A DNA stretch of 64,000 nucleotides. Origin: Eledone cirrhosa. Its lineage: Eukaryota. Below, in pieces: positions 1-16,821 of this stretch. The notes under the pieces were generated by a model, which saw only the letters and a program-made list of their open reading frames with translations, was not told the origin of the DNA and searched no databases. The stretch covers positions 88,970,001-89,034,000 of the forward strand of contig OZ024741.1 in assembly GCA_964016885.1 (NCBI GenBank), read 5' to 3'. A program made the translations under genes and the position numbers. Every line of letters begins with the position of its first letter. Positions within the stretch are counted from its first letter, which is position 1.

Positions 1-1018
<1,018 letters not shown>

Positions 1019-1288
1019 CACACATAGAAAAATGAGAAAACTCGTCGCTTGAACAACAGTTAAAACAGCTAAATGCTGTCAAAGACAGCTATGGGCAAAA
1101 ATGCCTCAGAAGACCAGCGGCCAGTGATCAACGGAGAGACAATCCACAAGATGGATAACACGCAGATTAAATATAGAAAAGATGGCGCACAGAAGTGACT
1201 GAAAGAAGGAAATAAAGAAAGGTGATGTACAAGACAAGTTTACACACATCTTGACACTCATCAGCTCTGAAACCAGGAAAATGGTTTC

Positions 1289-1435
1289 GCACGATTTAAT
1301 TAATTGTCCTCCTCCTCTTTCAATCTTTTGTATATTTCATCTACCTGTCACCCACTCTAACCCACCCTGTGGGTGAGAGGCAGATGAAATTAAGAAAAGA
1401 CTCAAAGAGGAGGAGGACAATTAATTAAATCGTGC
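1289..1435. repeat. Imperfect inverted repeat (~67-bp arms)
   Basis: gcacgatttaattaattgtcctcctcctcttt...cacccac pairs with gtgggtg...aaagaggaggaggacaattaattaaatcgtgc. Confidence 0.85.
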
Positions 1436-1439
1436 AAAT

Positions 1440-2568
1440 TACAAATTGACAGAAAAAATTGTCAGATTTTGTGGAGACAACTGCAATACAAGGTTTGGTG
1501 GTGTCAAATAAAAAGGCAAGAAGAAAATATTTAACCGATTAAAAACCTAACTTGAAAGGGGCCTTGTTAGCATTGGTGAACAACTGTTGATCTATTACCA
1601 ATGGATATCAAAGCATTTACTGTGAACATTTTCAAACATTTTGGTATATACACACTTTGTGTGACACGGGTAGAATATGTTTGTGACTTCGCCAGAATAC
1701 AATGGTAATAACAGATTTGTGAATGCTACCAACGGTTGAAAGAATTAACATTTTTTCTGGCTTTTAATTTTAGTTTGTTCCAAAGATCACTGTCCAGGAC
1801 TGATAAAACAATTATTTGAAAATTATTTGGGGTCAAATAGATTTATGGTTTGTATATGGAGACCTTTTCAACTAATCAGTTCTGGTGATGGAGAAAGACA
1901 ATTCCAATGCAGCAAATATCAACTAGAAATAGAAAATTGTATTACAAATGTAGAACAACAATAGCAACACAAAAATGAATTTGTGTTTCGGGATGCCAAA
2001 GCCTTCCTGAGAAAATTGTGAAAGTAATGAAAAGGTGAGGAAGGAAAGAATTTAACATTTTTATGAAAGATATCTCTAATACCTATGAACAGAGAACTTT
2101 GAATAGGCAGAAGATTGTGTGTAGTTAAATCCTGGAGATATAGCTTGGCCCAGTGTTGAGTTGTCTGTAGTTAAGATCACCCCAATGATTGGAGAGTAAA
2201 TATTAATTAATTGATGAAGTTGTTATGGCAAAAAGCTTTTAGGTTTCTTATGCAGACGTTTGAGCAACAGAGAACAGTGTGAAGAAATGTGGCAAATTGC
2301 TTCTGTTCATTACAATGAAAGACATTTTAGTAAAAAATCTTATAGTAGAATACATTCGTTGTTTGCTAGTACTTGTGTACTAGTTGAACAAGTGTTTTCT
2401 GTAATAAATAATATAGAGTCAAATGAGATGGGCAATGTGGTAGAAGCTACAGTCAGGGGCCTTCTAATGACTAAAATAAACATTGCACAAAGCTATTCAG
2501 AATTCTTTGACAATAAATTTCTTAGAAAAGCAGCTTCAAGTGAAAAATATGGAAGTCCTGATAATTGA
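1440..2568 (+). pseudogene. Degraded hAT-like transposase
   Basis: FCGDNCNTRFGGV near 1468. ORF 2260-2568 (ASTCVLVEQVFSVINN...VRGLLMTK...KAASSEKY) resembles the hAT C-terminal dimerisation region. Many stops and frameshifts. Confidence 0.65.
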
Positions 2569-3006
2569 ATAAAATATTACTTGACAATAAAAAACGTGTT
2601 TAGTTTATTTTTAAACGTTACTGTTCCACTTGACAATGTTTTTACATAAATGTTCTGTCAAGTAAAGAATACATACTTTCTATATCTTCTGTTTCTATCC
2701 CCCGTCATTCTATATTCGTCAGCTCGATTCTCAATCTTCAAAGTGATAAAGACAAATCGTACGTCTCACCAGCTCACATATATCACTTCAGCACTTGCTG
2801 GGAACTGCCTTCACATAAAAAGATGTGCAATTATATTAATAAACTAAAAATAAATCCCCAGTTTGCTCTGGCTGGTGGAGAGAGGAGACTTACTTTCCTT
2901 TAATACCCAACCCACAGGTTGCGCCTCTTTAAAACTTGCGTGATATACCCATTGGTTCCGGTTTCACCTCTGAAAATCATATTAAGTTTCTCTCTCTCCC
3001 CCCCTC

Positions 3007-3054
<48 letters not shown>

Positions 3055-3716
3055 ATCTATCTATCTCTACCCCCCCCCCTCTCTCACGCATTTACAGATA
3101 TTTATGTACGTGTGTGCTTGTAAGGATTCATGCGTGTAAGGATTCGTGTGTCTACTTGCGCGCGTGGGCGCGTATTAGTATGTGATTTGGACGTTCAAAG
3201 ACTGGCTTTGGTGTAAACAGGAAACTGATGGGAGGGTGACCATATAGTTATGAGGTGTGGGGAGGGTGTCATGCTAGGTGACCTAGGATGACCCCCACCC
3301 CCGCCTATATAGTTACCCTCCCATTCAGCTTCCTGTTTACACCAAAGCCAGTGTTTGAGCGTCCAAATCATATACCAACAACAAACTATATTTTTTTGTC
3401 ACGTCGCCAATCTGAAGAGCAGATGGATAATGGAGTCGGGTCCATAACGTGCGTAACAGGTCGATACACAATAACTATCTTATACATGTAAACGAAACTT
3501 AGTCGTTTTTTCTAATGTATTATATTGTGTATGTGTGTGTGTGTGTATATATATATATACGCACGTTTATGTGTTTGTTTTTCAAGATTCTTGATACGAA
3601 ATCGTGTGTTGAAACAGATATTGTTATAGTTGGGGATGATGACCATGATAACATGACGTTACCAATTTTGTCAATAAAAGCACTTCAGCTTTATTATTTG
3701 TTATTGGTTATTTTTG

Positions 3717-3821
3717 TCAAAGCTCTTTCGCCACATACTCTTTGACCTCCTCAATGATTATTTGTTCTTCTCCACTGTACGTCGGCGGTGGCCCAAAAAG
3801 TGTGAGAACCTCTACATTAAG
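3717..3821 (-). CDS. Candidate terminal coding exon of an unidentified host gene (LNVEVLTLFGPPPTYSGEEQIIIEEVKEYVAKEL*)
   Basis: Minus strand: T-rich tract ending ttttgttgaacag acceptor, 34 open codons of non-repetitive sequence, TGA, then AATAAA at 3695-3690. Confidence 0.45.
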   Translation of the reverse strand, partial: LNVEVLTLFGPPPTYSGEEQIIIEEVKEYVAKEL

Positions 3822-4429
3822 CTGTTCAACAAAATGTAAAAAAAAAAGGACAATAAATTTCTTATATAAGAAGTTTCACACCCGAGTGAACATTAATTGG
3901 GTTAGGGTTGAGCACCCTACGATTTCGAACCCAGATTTTATTTCAAGGAAATTGTAGGACAGCATTGTACCATGGATCCAGTGTTTGGACAATCACATTG
4001 TAACACAAACTATCTCAAACTTCTCAATGAGCCAATGAGGGAGTCCCTATGCAGACACCTGATTTGCTAGAAATCATATCTAAATTCCCTCAGATATCTA
4101 AATTCCCTACATATTACGGGAAAAAAACCCCAAAACAAACACTTTAAATAATGCTGCCCTAGATACAATACATAGGAGGAAAAATTAATGCAGGACAGGG
4201 TTTACTTTCAGGAAATTTTATTACTGCACAAATCTTTAGGGGTAGGTATCATGACCTAATGTTTCATATTCTCTGAGTCTGGGAAACATTTGTAATGGCT
4301 ATTTTAAACATTTTATGAATGTTTTAAGCACAATTTAGCATGTTAGCACATGTAGTGTTTCACATAAAATGTAAATTTATTGCACAATACTACACAAGCA
4401 GGAGTCAAACTGCACGTTATTATAAGCTC

Positions 4430-7400
4430 TGTGTTGTTGTTGTTGCTGCTGTTTTTCTTGCGTCTGTTGTTGTTGCTGCTGCTGTTTTTCTTGCGTCTGT
4501 TGCTGTTGTTGCTGCTGCTGTTTTTCTTGCGTCTGTTGCTGTTGTTGCTTTTGCTGTTTTTCTTGCGTCTGTTGCTGTTGTTGCTTTTGCTGTTTTTCTT
4601 GCGTCTGTTGCTGTTGTTGCTTTTGCTGTTTTTCTTGCGTCTGTTGCTGTTGTTGCTTTTGCTGTTTTTCTTGCATCTGTTGCTGTTGTTACTTTTGCTG
4701 TTTTTCTTGCATCTGTTGCTGTTGTTGCTTTTGCTGTTTTTCTTGCATCTATTGCTGTTGTTGCTTTTGCTGTTTTTCTTGCGTCTGTTGCTGTTGTTGC
4801 TTTTGCTGTTTTTCTTGCGTCTGTTGCTGCTGTTGCTTTTGCTGTTTTTCTTGCGTCTGTTGCTGTTGTTGCTTTTGCTGTTTTTCTTGCGTCTGTTGCT
4901 GTTGTTGCTTTTGCTGTTTTTCTTGCGTCTGTTGCTGTTGTTGCTTTTGCTGTTTTTCTTGCGTCTGTTGCTGTTGTTGCTTTTGCTGTTTTTCTTGCGC
5001 CTGTTGCTGTTGTTGCTTTTTGCTGTTTTTCTTGCGTCTGTTGCTGTTGTTGCTGCTGTTATTTTTCTTCCGTCTGTTGCTGTTGTTGCTTTTGCTGTTT
5101 TTCTTGCGTCTGTTGCTGTTCTTGCTTTTGCTGTTTTTCTTGCGTCTGTTGCTGTTGTTGCTTTTGCTGTTTTTCTTGCGTCTGTTGCTGTTGTTGCTTT
5201 TGCTGTTTTTCTTGCGTCTGTTGCTGTTGTTGCTTTTGCTGTTTTTCTTGCGCCTGTTGCTGTTGTTGCTTTTTGCTGTTTTTCTTGCGTCTGTTGCTGT
5301 TGTTGCTGCTGTTATTTTTCTTCCGTCTGTTGCTGTTGTTGCTTTTGCTGTTTTTCTTGCGTCTGTTGCTGTTGTTGCTGCTGCTATTTTTCTTGCATCT
5401 ATTGCTGTTGTTGCTTTTGCTGTTTTTCTTGCGTCTGTTGCTGTTGTTGCTTTTGCTGTTTTTCTTGCGTCTGTTGTTGTTGTTGCTTTTGCTGTTTTTC
5501 TTGCGTCTATTGCTGTTGTTGCTTTTGCTGTTTTTCTTGCGTCTGTTGCTGTTGTTGCTTTTGCTGTTTTTCTTGCGTCTGTTGCTGTTGTTGCTGCTGC
5601 TATTTTTCTTGCATCTATTGCTGTTGTTGCTTTTGCTGTTTTTCTTGCGTCTATTGCTGTTGTTGCTTTTGCTGTTTTTCTTGCGTCTATTGCTGTTGTT
5701 GCTTTTGCTGTTTTTCTTGCGTCTATTGCTGTTGTTGCTTTTGCTGTTTTTATTGCGTCTATTGCTGTTGTTGCTTTTGCTGTTTTTCTTGCGTCCGTTG
5801 CTGTTGTTGCTTTTGCTGTTTTTCTTGCGCCTGTTGCTGTTGTTGCTTTTTGCTGTTTTTCTTGCGTCTGTTGCTGTTGTTGCTGCTGTTATTTTTCTTG
5901 CGTCTGTTGCTGTTGTTGCTTTTGCTGTTTTTCTTGCGTCTGTTGCTGTTGTTGCTGCTGCTATTTTTCTTGCATCTATTGCTGTTGTTGCTTTTGCTGT
6001 TTTTCTTGCGTCTGTTGCTGTTGTTGCTTTTGCTGTTTTTCTTGCGTCTGTTGTTGTTGTTGCTTTTGCTGTTTTTCTTGCGTCTATTGCTGTTGTTGCT
6101 TTTGCTGTTTTTCTTGCGTCTGTTGCTGTTGTTGCTTTTGCTGTTTTTCTTGCGTCTGTTGCTGTTGTTGCTGCTGCTATTTTTCTTGCATCTATTGCTG
6201 TTGTTGCTTTTGCTGTTTTTCTTGCGTCTATTGCTGTTGTTGCTTTTGCTGTTTTTCTTGCGTCTATTGCTGTTGTTGCTTTCGCTGTTTTTCTTGCGTC
6301 TATTGCTGTTGTTGCTTTTGCTGTTTTTATTGCGTCTATTGCTGTTGTTGCTTTTGCTGTTTTTCTTGCGTCCGTTGCTGTTGTTGCTTTTGCTGTTTTT
6401 CTTGCGCCTGTTGCTGTTGTTGCTTTTTGCTGTTTTTCTTGCGTCTGTTGCTGTTGTTGCTGCTGTTATTTTTCTTGCGTCTGTTGCTGTTGTTGCTTTT
6501 GCTGTTTTTCTTGCGTCTGTTGCTGTTGTTGCTGCTGCTATTTTTCTTGCATCTATTGCTGTTGTTGCTTTTGCTGTTTTTCTTGCGTCTATTGCTGTTG
6601 TTGCTTTTGCTGTTTTTCTTGCGTCTATTGCTGTTGTTGCTATTGCTGTTTTTCTTGCGTCTATTGCTGTTGTTGCTTTTGCTGTTTTTCTTGCGCCTGT
6701 TGCTGTTGTTGCTTTTTGCTGTTTTTCTTGCGTCTGTTGCTGTTGTTGCTGCTGCTATTTTTCTTGCATCTATTGCTGTTGTTGCTTTTGCTGTTTTTCT
6801 TGCGTCTATTGTTGTTGTTGCTTTTGCTGTTTTCTTGCGTCTATTGATGTTGTTGCTTTTGCTGTTTTTCTTGCGTCTGTTGCTGTTGTTGCTTTTGCTG
6901 TTTTTCTTGCGTCTATTGCTGTTGTTGCTTTTGCTGTTTTTCTTGCGTCTGTTGCTGTTGTTGCTGCTGCTATTTTTCTTGCATTTATTGCTGTTGTTGC
7001 TTTTGCTGTTTTTCTTGCGTCTATTGCTGTTAGTTGCTTTTGCTGTTTTTCTTGCGTCTGTTGCTGTTGTTGCTTTTGCTGTTTTTCTTGCGTCTGTTGC
7101 TGTTGTTGCTTTTGCTGTTTTTCTTGCGTCTGTTGCTGTTGTTGCTTTTGCTGTTTTTCTTGCGTCTGTTGCTGTTGTTGCTGCTGCTATTTTTCTTGCA
7201 TCTATTGCTGTTGTTGCTTTTGCTGTTTTTCTTGCGTCTATTGCTGTTGTTGCTTTTGCTGTTTTTCTTGCGTCTATTGCTGTTGTTGCTTTTGCTGTTT
7301 TTCTTGCGTCTGTTGCTGCTGTTGCTTTTGCTGTTTTTCTTGCGTCTATTGCTGTTGTTGCTTTTTGTTGTTTTTCTTGCGTCTGTTGCTGTTGTTGCTT

Positions 7401-10400
7401 TTGCTGTTTTTCTTGCGTCTGTTGCTGTTGTTGCTTTTGCTGTTTTTCTTGCGTCTGTTGCTGTTGTTGCTGCTGTTATTTTTCTTCCGTCTGTTGCTGT
7501 TGTTGCTTTTGCTGTTTTTCTTGCGTCTGTTGCTGTTGTTGCTGCTGCTGTTTTTCTTGCATCTATTGCTGTTGTTGGTTTTGCTGTTTTTCTTGCGTCT
7601 GTTGCTGTTGTTGCTTTAGCTGTTTTTCTTGCGTCTGTTGCTGTTGTTGCTTTTGCTGTTTTTCTTGCGTCTATTGCTGTTGTTGCTTTTGCTGTTTTTC
7701 TTGCGTCTGTTGCTGCTGTTGCTTTTGCTGTTTTTCTTGCGTCTATTGCTGTTGTTGCTTTTTGTTGTTTTTCTTGCGTCTGTTGCTGTTGTTGCTTTTG
7801 CTGTTTTTCTTGCGTCTGTTGCTGTTGTTGCTTTTGCTGTTTTTCTTGCGTCTGTTGCTGTTGTTGCTTTTGCTGTTTTTCTTGCGTCTATTGCTGTTGT
7901 TGCTTTTGCTGTTTTTCTTGCGTCTGTTGCTTTTGCTGTTTTTCTTGCGTCTATTGCTGTTGTTGCTTTTTGCTGTTTTTCTTGCGTCTGTTGCTGTTGT
8001 TGCTTTTGCTGTTTTTCTTGCGTCTGTTGCTGTTGTTGCTTTTGCTGTTTTTCTTGCGTCTGTTGCTGTTGTTGCTTTTGCTGTTTTTCTTGCGTCTATT
8101 GCTGTTGTTGCTTTTTGCTGTTTTTCTTGCGTCTGTTGCTGTTGTTGCTTTTGCTGTTTTTCTTGCGTCTGTTGCTGTTGTTGCTTTTGCTGTTTTTCTT
8201 GCGTCTGTTGCTGCTGTTGCTTTTGCTGTTTTTCTTGCGTCTATTGCTGTTGTTGCTTTTGCTGTTTTTCTTGCGACTATAGCTGTTGTTGCTTTTGCTG
8301 TTTTTCTTGCGTCTATTGCTGTTGTTGCTTTTGCTGTTTTTCTTGCGTCTATTGCTGTTGTTGCTTTTGTTGTTTTTCTTGCGTCTATTGCTGTTGTTGC
8401 TTTTGCTGTTTTTCTTGCGTCTGTTGCTGTTGTTGCTTTTGCTGTTTTTCTTGCGTCTGTTGCTGTTGTTGCTGCTGCTATTTTTCTTGCATCTATTGCT
8501 GTTGTTGCTTTTGCTGTTTTTCTTGCGTCTGTTGCTGTTGTTGCTTTTGCTGTTTTTCTTGCGTCTATTGCTGTTGTTGCTTTTGCTGTTTTTCTTGCGT
8601 CCGTTGCTGTTGTTGTGTTTGCTGTTTTTCTTGCGTCTGTTGCTGCTGCTATTTTTCTTGCATCTATTGCTGTTGTTGCTTTTGCTGTTTTTCTTGCGTC
8701 TATTGCTGTTGTTGCTTTTGCTGTTTTTCTTGCGTCTATTGCTGTTGTTGCTTTTGCTGTTTTCTTGCGTCTGTTGCTGTTGTTGTTGCTGCTGTTTTTC
8801 TTGCGTCTGCTGCTGTTGTTGCTGCTGCTATTTTTCTTGCATCTATTGCTGTTGTTGCTGCTGCTATTTTTCTTGCATCTATTGCTGTTGTTGCTTTTGC
8901 TGTTTTTCTTGCGTCTGTTGCTGTTGTTGCTTTTGCTGTTTTTCTTGCGTCTATTGCTGTTGTTGCTTTTGCTGTATTTCTTGCGTCTGTTGCTGTTGTT
9001 TATTTTTGCTGTTTTTCTTGCGTCTGTTGCTGTTGTTGCTTTTGCTGTTTTTCTTGCGTCTATTGCTGTTGTTGCTTTTGCTGTTTTTCTTGCGTCTGTT
9101 GCTGTTGTTGCTTTTGCTGTTTTTTTTGCGTCTGTTGCTGTTGTTGCTCTTGCTGTTTTTCTTGCGTCTGTTGCTGTTGTTGCCTTTGCTGTTTTTCTTG
9201 CGTCTATTGCTGTTGTTGCTTTTGCTGTTTTTCTTGCGTCTGTTGCTGTTGTTGCTTTTGCTGTTTTTCTTGCGTCTGTTGCTGTTGTTGCTGCTGCTAT
9301 TTTTCTTGCATCTATTGCTGTTGTTGCTTTTGCTGTTTTTCTTGCGTCTATTGCTGTTGTTGCTTTTGCTGTTTTTCTTGCGTCTATTGCTGTTGTTGCT
9401 TTTGCTGTTTTTCTTGCGTCTATTGCTGTTGTTGCTTTTTGCTGTTTTTCTTGCGTCTGTTGCTGTTGTTGCTGCTGCTATTTTTCTTGCATTTATTACT
9501 GTTGTTGCTTTTGCTGTTTTTCTTGCGTCCGTTGCTGTTGTTGCTTTTGCTGTTTTTTTTGCGTCTACTGCTGTTGTTGCTTTTGCTGTTTTTCTTGCGC
9601 CTGTTGCTGTTGTTGCTTTTTGCTGTTTTTCTTGCGTCTATTGCTGTTGTTGCTTTTGCTGTTTTTCTTGCGTCTCTTGCTGTTGTTGCTTTTGCTGTTT
9701 TCTTGCGTCTGTTGCTGTTGCTGTTGCTGCTGTTTTTCTTGCGTCTGTTGCTGTTGTTGCTTTTGCTGTTTTTCTTGCGTCCGTTGCTGTTGTTGCTTTT
9801 GCTGTTTTTCTTGCGTCTACTGCTGTTGTTGCTTTTGCTGTTTTTCTTGCGTCTGTTGCTGTTGTTGCTTTTGCTGTTTTTCTTGCGTCTGTTGTTGTTG
9901 TTGCTTTTGCTGTTTTTCTTGCGTCTATTGCTGTTGTTGCTTTTGCTGTTTTTCTTGCGTCTGTTGCTGTTGTTGCTTTTGCTGTTTTTCTTGCGTCTAT
10001 TGCTGTTGTTGCTTTTGTTGTTTTTCTTGCGCCTGTTGCTGTTGTTGCTTTTTGTTGTTTTTCTTGCGTCTGTTGCTGTTGTTGCTGCTGCTATTTTTCT
10101 TGCGTCTGTTGCTGTTGTTGCTGCTGCTATTTTTCTTGCATCTATTGCTGTTGTTGCTTTTGCTGTTTTTCTTTCGTCTATTGCTGTTGTTGCTTTTGCT
10201 GTTTTTCTTGCGTCTATTGCTGTTGTTGCTATTGCTGTTTTTCTTGCGTCTATTGCTGTTGTTGCTTTTGCTGTTTTTCTTGCGCCTGTTGCTGTTGTTG
10301 CTTTTTGCTGTTTTTCTTGCGTCTGTTGCTGTTGTTGCTGCTGCTATTTTTCTTGCATCTATTGCTGTTGTTGCTTTTGCTGTTTTTCTTGCGTCTATTG

Positions 10401-11025
10401 TTGTTGTTGCTTTTGCTGTTTTCTTGCGTCTATTGATGTTGTTGCTTTTGCTGTTTTTCTTGCGTCTGTTGCTGTTGTTGCTTTTGCTGTTTTTCTTGCG
10501 TCTATTGCTGTTGTTGCTTTTGCTGTTTTTCTTGCGTCTGTTGCTGTTGTTGCTGCTGCTATTTTTCTTGCATTTATTGCTGTTGTTGCTTTTGCTGTTT
10601 TTCTTGCGTCTATTGCTGTTAGTTGCTTTTGCTGTTTTTCTTGCGTCTGTTGCTGTTGTTGCTTTTGCTGTTTTTCTTGCGTCTGTTGCTGTTGTTGCTT
10701 TTGCTGTTTTTCTTGCGTCTGTTGCTGTTGTTGCTTTTGCTGTTTTTCTTGCGTCTGTTGCTGTTGTTGCTGCTGCTATTTTTCTTGCATCTATTGCTGT
10801 TGTTGCTTTTGCTGTTTTTCTTGCGTCTATTGCTGTTGTTGCTTTTGCTGTTTTTCTTGCGTCTATTGCTGTTGTTGCTTTTGCTATTTTTCTTGCATCT
10901 ATTGCTGTTGTTGCCTTTGGTGTTTTTCTTGCGTCTATTGCTGTTGTTGCTTTTGCTATTTTTCTTGCATCTATTGCTGTTGTTGCTTTTGCTGTTTTTC
11001 TTGCGTCTATTGCTGTTGTTGCTAC
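4430..11025. repeat. 36-bp minisatellite, ~180 copies (GCTGTTTTTCTTGCGTCTGTTGCTGTTGTTGCTTTT)
   Basis: 12-residue periodicity in all frames (e.g. AVFLASVAVVAF) with 1-bp slips; decays into (GTT/GCT)n to ~11350. Confidence 0.97.
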
Positions 11026-11592
11026 TACTCCTACTGTTGCTGGTGTTGTTGCGGTTGTTTTGTTGTTTCTGGTGTTGTTGCTGCTACTGTTATTGTTGTG
11101 CTGATGTTGTAATTGCTGCTACTGTTATTCTTGCGTCTTGTGTTCTTGCTGCTGTTTCTGCTGCTGTTGTTATTACTGCTGCTGTTGTTGTTGCTGCTGC
11201 TGTTATTTTGCTGTTTTGTTGTTCACGGTGTTGTTGATTTTGCTGCTGCTGTTGTTGTTGTTGTTGTTGTTGTCGCTGTTGCTGTTGCTGCTGCTGCTGT
11301 TGTCGCTACTGCTGCTGTTGGTGGTGTTGTTGTTGTTGTTGTTGTTGTTGTGTGTCTGTTTGTTTTGTAAATGAAGAGTGTTTGTCTATCTCGTCTAGGA
11401 TCTTGTTGAGTCAGTTGAATTCGTCACCAGGAGACGTATATCCCACCATATTTTACTGAAGTATCATACTTTATTTTCTAGTGTCATCTTATCTTTAAAC
11501 TGAACATATCAAACTAAACAAATAAACAATTATACAAACAAACAAACAAACATTGATACAAAACAACAACACTGTTCTAATTCTTTTTACTT

Positions 11593-11734
11593 GGGGTGGT
11601 GGTGGTGGTGGTGGTGGGTGGTGGTGATGGTGGTGGTGGTGATGTTGGTGGTGGGTGGTGGTGGTGATGATGGTGGTGGTGGTGGTGGGTGGTGATGATG
11701 GTGGTGTTGGGGGTGGGTGGCGGTGGTGTTGTTG

Positions 11735-11766
<32 letters not shown>

Positions 11767-12320
11767 GGGTGGTAGTTGTGGTGGTGTTTGTTGTGGTGGT
11801 GGTGGTGGGTGGTAGTGTTTGTTGTGGTGGTGGTGGTGGTGTTGGTTATGCTGGTGGTGGTGGTGGTGTTGGTGGTGATGGTAGTTGTGGTGGTTGTTGT
11901 TGCGGTGGGGGGGGGGGGGGGGTCGGTGGTGATGGTAGTTGTGGTGGTGGTTGTTGTGGTGGTGGTGATGGTGGATGGTGGTTGTAGTGTTGGTTGTGGT
12001 GGTGATAATAGTTGTTGAGGTGATGGTGGTGTTGTTGTTGTTGCTGGTGATGGTAGTGGTAGTGAGGGTGTGGTAGTAGTAGTGGTGATGATGGTGGTAG
12101 TAGTGTTGTTGCAGGTAATGGTAGTGGTAGTGAGGGTGTGGTAGTGGTGGTAGTCGTCGTCATCGTGGTGATCGTGGTAGTATTGTATTAGCGGTGGTGG
12201 TAGTTATGATGGGGGTGGTGGTGATGGTTAGGAGAGGTTGGGGTTGCATGGTGTTGGTGTTGGTGGTGGTGGGGTAGTGATAATGGGAGTGTGGTGGTGT
12301 GGTGGCGGTTGTAGTGAGTT
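11593..12320. repeat. (GGT)n-rich low-complexity tract
   Basis: GGT/GTT/GAT triplets throughout. Confidence 0.95.
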
Positions 12321-12487
12321 GTTGAAGGTTGTCTGATCGTCATTTTTCACTTCTTACTGCCACTCCAATTTGGTGTCCTTTATTGATTCATCAGAATTGT
12401 ATGTTAGGCTCGTTTATTTAGCTCTTATATATTATGTTATATTAGATAATATGTTAGACGCTTATTGCACAAAATTAGAGTTAGAAA

Positions 12488-12950
12488 TGCACAAGCAAGG
12501 GTCAACTGCAAAAGCAGGGCTCAACTGCACAATCAGAAGTCAACTACACAAGCAGGGCTCATGTGCACAAGCAGAGGTCAACTACACAAGCAGGGTTCAA
12601 CTGTACAAGTAGAGGGAAACTACACAAGCAGGGTTCAACTGTACAGGTAGAGGGTAACTACACTATTAGGGCTCAACTGCACAAGCAGAGGTCAACTACA
12701 CAAGCAGGGTTCAACTGCACAAGCAGAGGTCAACTACACAAGCAGGGTTCAACTGTACAAGTAGAGGGTAACAACACAAGCAGGGCTCAACTACACGAGC
12801 AAGAGTCAACTACAAACGCATGGATCAACTGCATAAGCAGGGGTCAACTACACAAGCAGGGCTTAACTACACATGCAAAGGTCAACTGCACAAGCAGGGC
12901 TCAACTACACAAGCAAAGGTCAACTGTATAAGCAGACGTCAACTACATGT
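12488..12950. repeat. ~19-bp minisatellite (CAACTACACAAGCAGRGGT variants)
   Basis: Recurrent caact(a/g)cacaagcag, roughly 24 degenerate copies. Confidence 0.9.
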
Positions 12951-13054
12951 AAACAAAACTTCGTCGTTTTCCTTGATATATACACTCTGCCTGAGCATCA
13001 AATGTATCAAATGCTAATTTTGGTAGCACCACCAGTAATTCACTGAATCACATA

Positions 13055-14961
<1,907 letters not shown>

Positions 14962-15962
14962 ATTGTTTAAGTAGAGAACGTTTTGTCATGGATATGGCAT
15001 AGCCTTGTGTGAGAAAAACCAATAGTAAAAGTGAATAGCATTCTCATTAAGCATTACTACAAAATACACGCTTCGTGGTTGAAAATAGTTACAGCTACAC
15101 TTTTTCAGGGTCTGATGCCTGAATCAATAACAATGGGGGAGAGAAAAAAGGGAGATAGAATAGTCTGTTGTCTTTCCGATTTTGCGGAGGAAATCGGCAG
15201 TGCGTGGACCAAGAACACTAGACGTCTCGATCGGTACGAAAAGGGACCGGTCAGACAAGCCCCGGTTATTTGAAAATTCTAGGCAATGTCTTTTATTAGA
15301 AATATGGTACAAAAAGAGTTAATGACGAATTTATGTGGGTAGTTTCCATTTGGACCAACCGAGCGCAATTGTCAAATAAATAAATATTTTCAATAATATA
15401 ATATAATTTAGGACACAGCTTGCAGATATCTTTTGTTTCGTTTCAAGTCAAGCCCGGAAACAAGGTAATGGCTCCAGCCTTTCCCCCTTCGCGTTCTGCC
15501 TCTTCCTAATGCCTCGAGTTGCCCATCTCCTGCTACGCCAACCCATATATATTACAAGTTAAATCAGTTCAGAAGAAAACGATAACTGAATGCAATTTTT
15601 TGTCCTCTAGCACTGAAAACTTTCTGGCTAAATTCATCAGACCTTGTTAGATTCCACTTAGTTGACCTTCCTCAGAGAACCCGAAGCTACTTATTTCTAG
15701 TCAGATTCTTGTAATTCCTTTTTGTTTTCCTTTGTTGAATGACTTTCTCAGACACGCACCACAGAAATAGCGTGCGGCAGCTTGAATATTCAATCTGGTG
15801 GAAGGAAAAAGAAACAAAATTAAGAAGCAGTGTCGATAAAGAGTCACAAAACTATGTAGTAGATGGGCGTTGAATTTCCTTTCGTGAACACTCCTGGTGT
15901 GTGTGAGAAAAAATACTAAGACTGCGTGAGATGAATGATACACACGTTTATACACACACATA

Positions 15963-15966
15963 TATA

Positions 15967-16020
<54 letters not shown>

Positions 16021-16443
16021 GTGAGGTTTTTTTTACAAAATGAAAAATAACCGAGGTGTCCTACACGAGTGAAAGTATAAAGAAAAAGAGATGAAATCGA
16101 AAATGCAACTGAAGTCTTATTTTTTTTTAAAATATATATATTTATTTGGTTCCTTTACCGGTTTCGCAGTTCTTCTGCTTTTCAAAAGGTGAGTTGAGAT
16201 GGAGGGTCTGTGGTTTTTCTCACATGTATGTATATATATATATATACATACATACATATATATATATACATACATACATATATATACATATATATATATA
16301 TATACATACATATACATACATACATATACATATATACATACATATACATACATACATATACATACATATATATATACATACATACATATACATAGATATA
16401 TATATACATACATATATATATATATACATACATATATATATAC

Positions 16444-16481
<38 letters not shown>

Positions 16482-16735
16482 ACATATATACATATATATA
16501 TATATACATACATATATACATACATATATATACACATACATATATACATACATATATATATACATACATATATACATACATATATACATACATATATACA
16601 TACATACATATATACATACATATATACATACATATATACATACATATATACATACATATATACATACATACATACATACATATATACATACATACATACA
16701 TATATACATACATATATATATACATACATACATAT

Positions 16736-16815
<80 letters not shown>
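15963..16815. repeat. TA/TACA microsatellites flanking a short element with a decayed HHR (16152-16189, minus)
   Basis: Minus strand cctt-TTGAAAA-gcag aagaa ctgc-GAAA-ccgg-TA-aagg; catalytic core is mutated. Confidence 0.6.

Positions 16816-16821
<6 letters not shown>

Noticed and set aside
4340-11237. ORFs up to 2030 aa (Leu/Cys/Ala-Val rich; minus-strand Q-rich or KATTATDARKTA frames)
   Set aside because: The 36-bp unit lacks stops on the plus strand, and frequent 1-bp slips shuffle frames, so no frame is conserved.
11655-12163. Gly/Val/Pro-rich ORFs
   Set aside because: Products of the GGT low-complexity tract.
15610-15680. Minus-strand CTGAGGA/CTGATGA...GAAA
   Set aside because: Stems I and II do not pair; probably chance.
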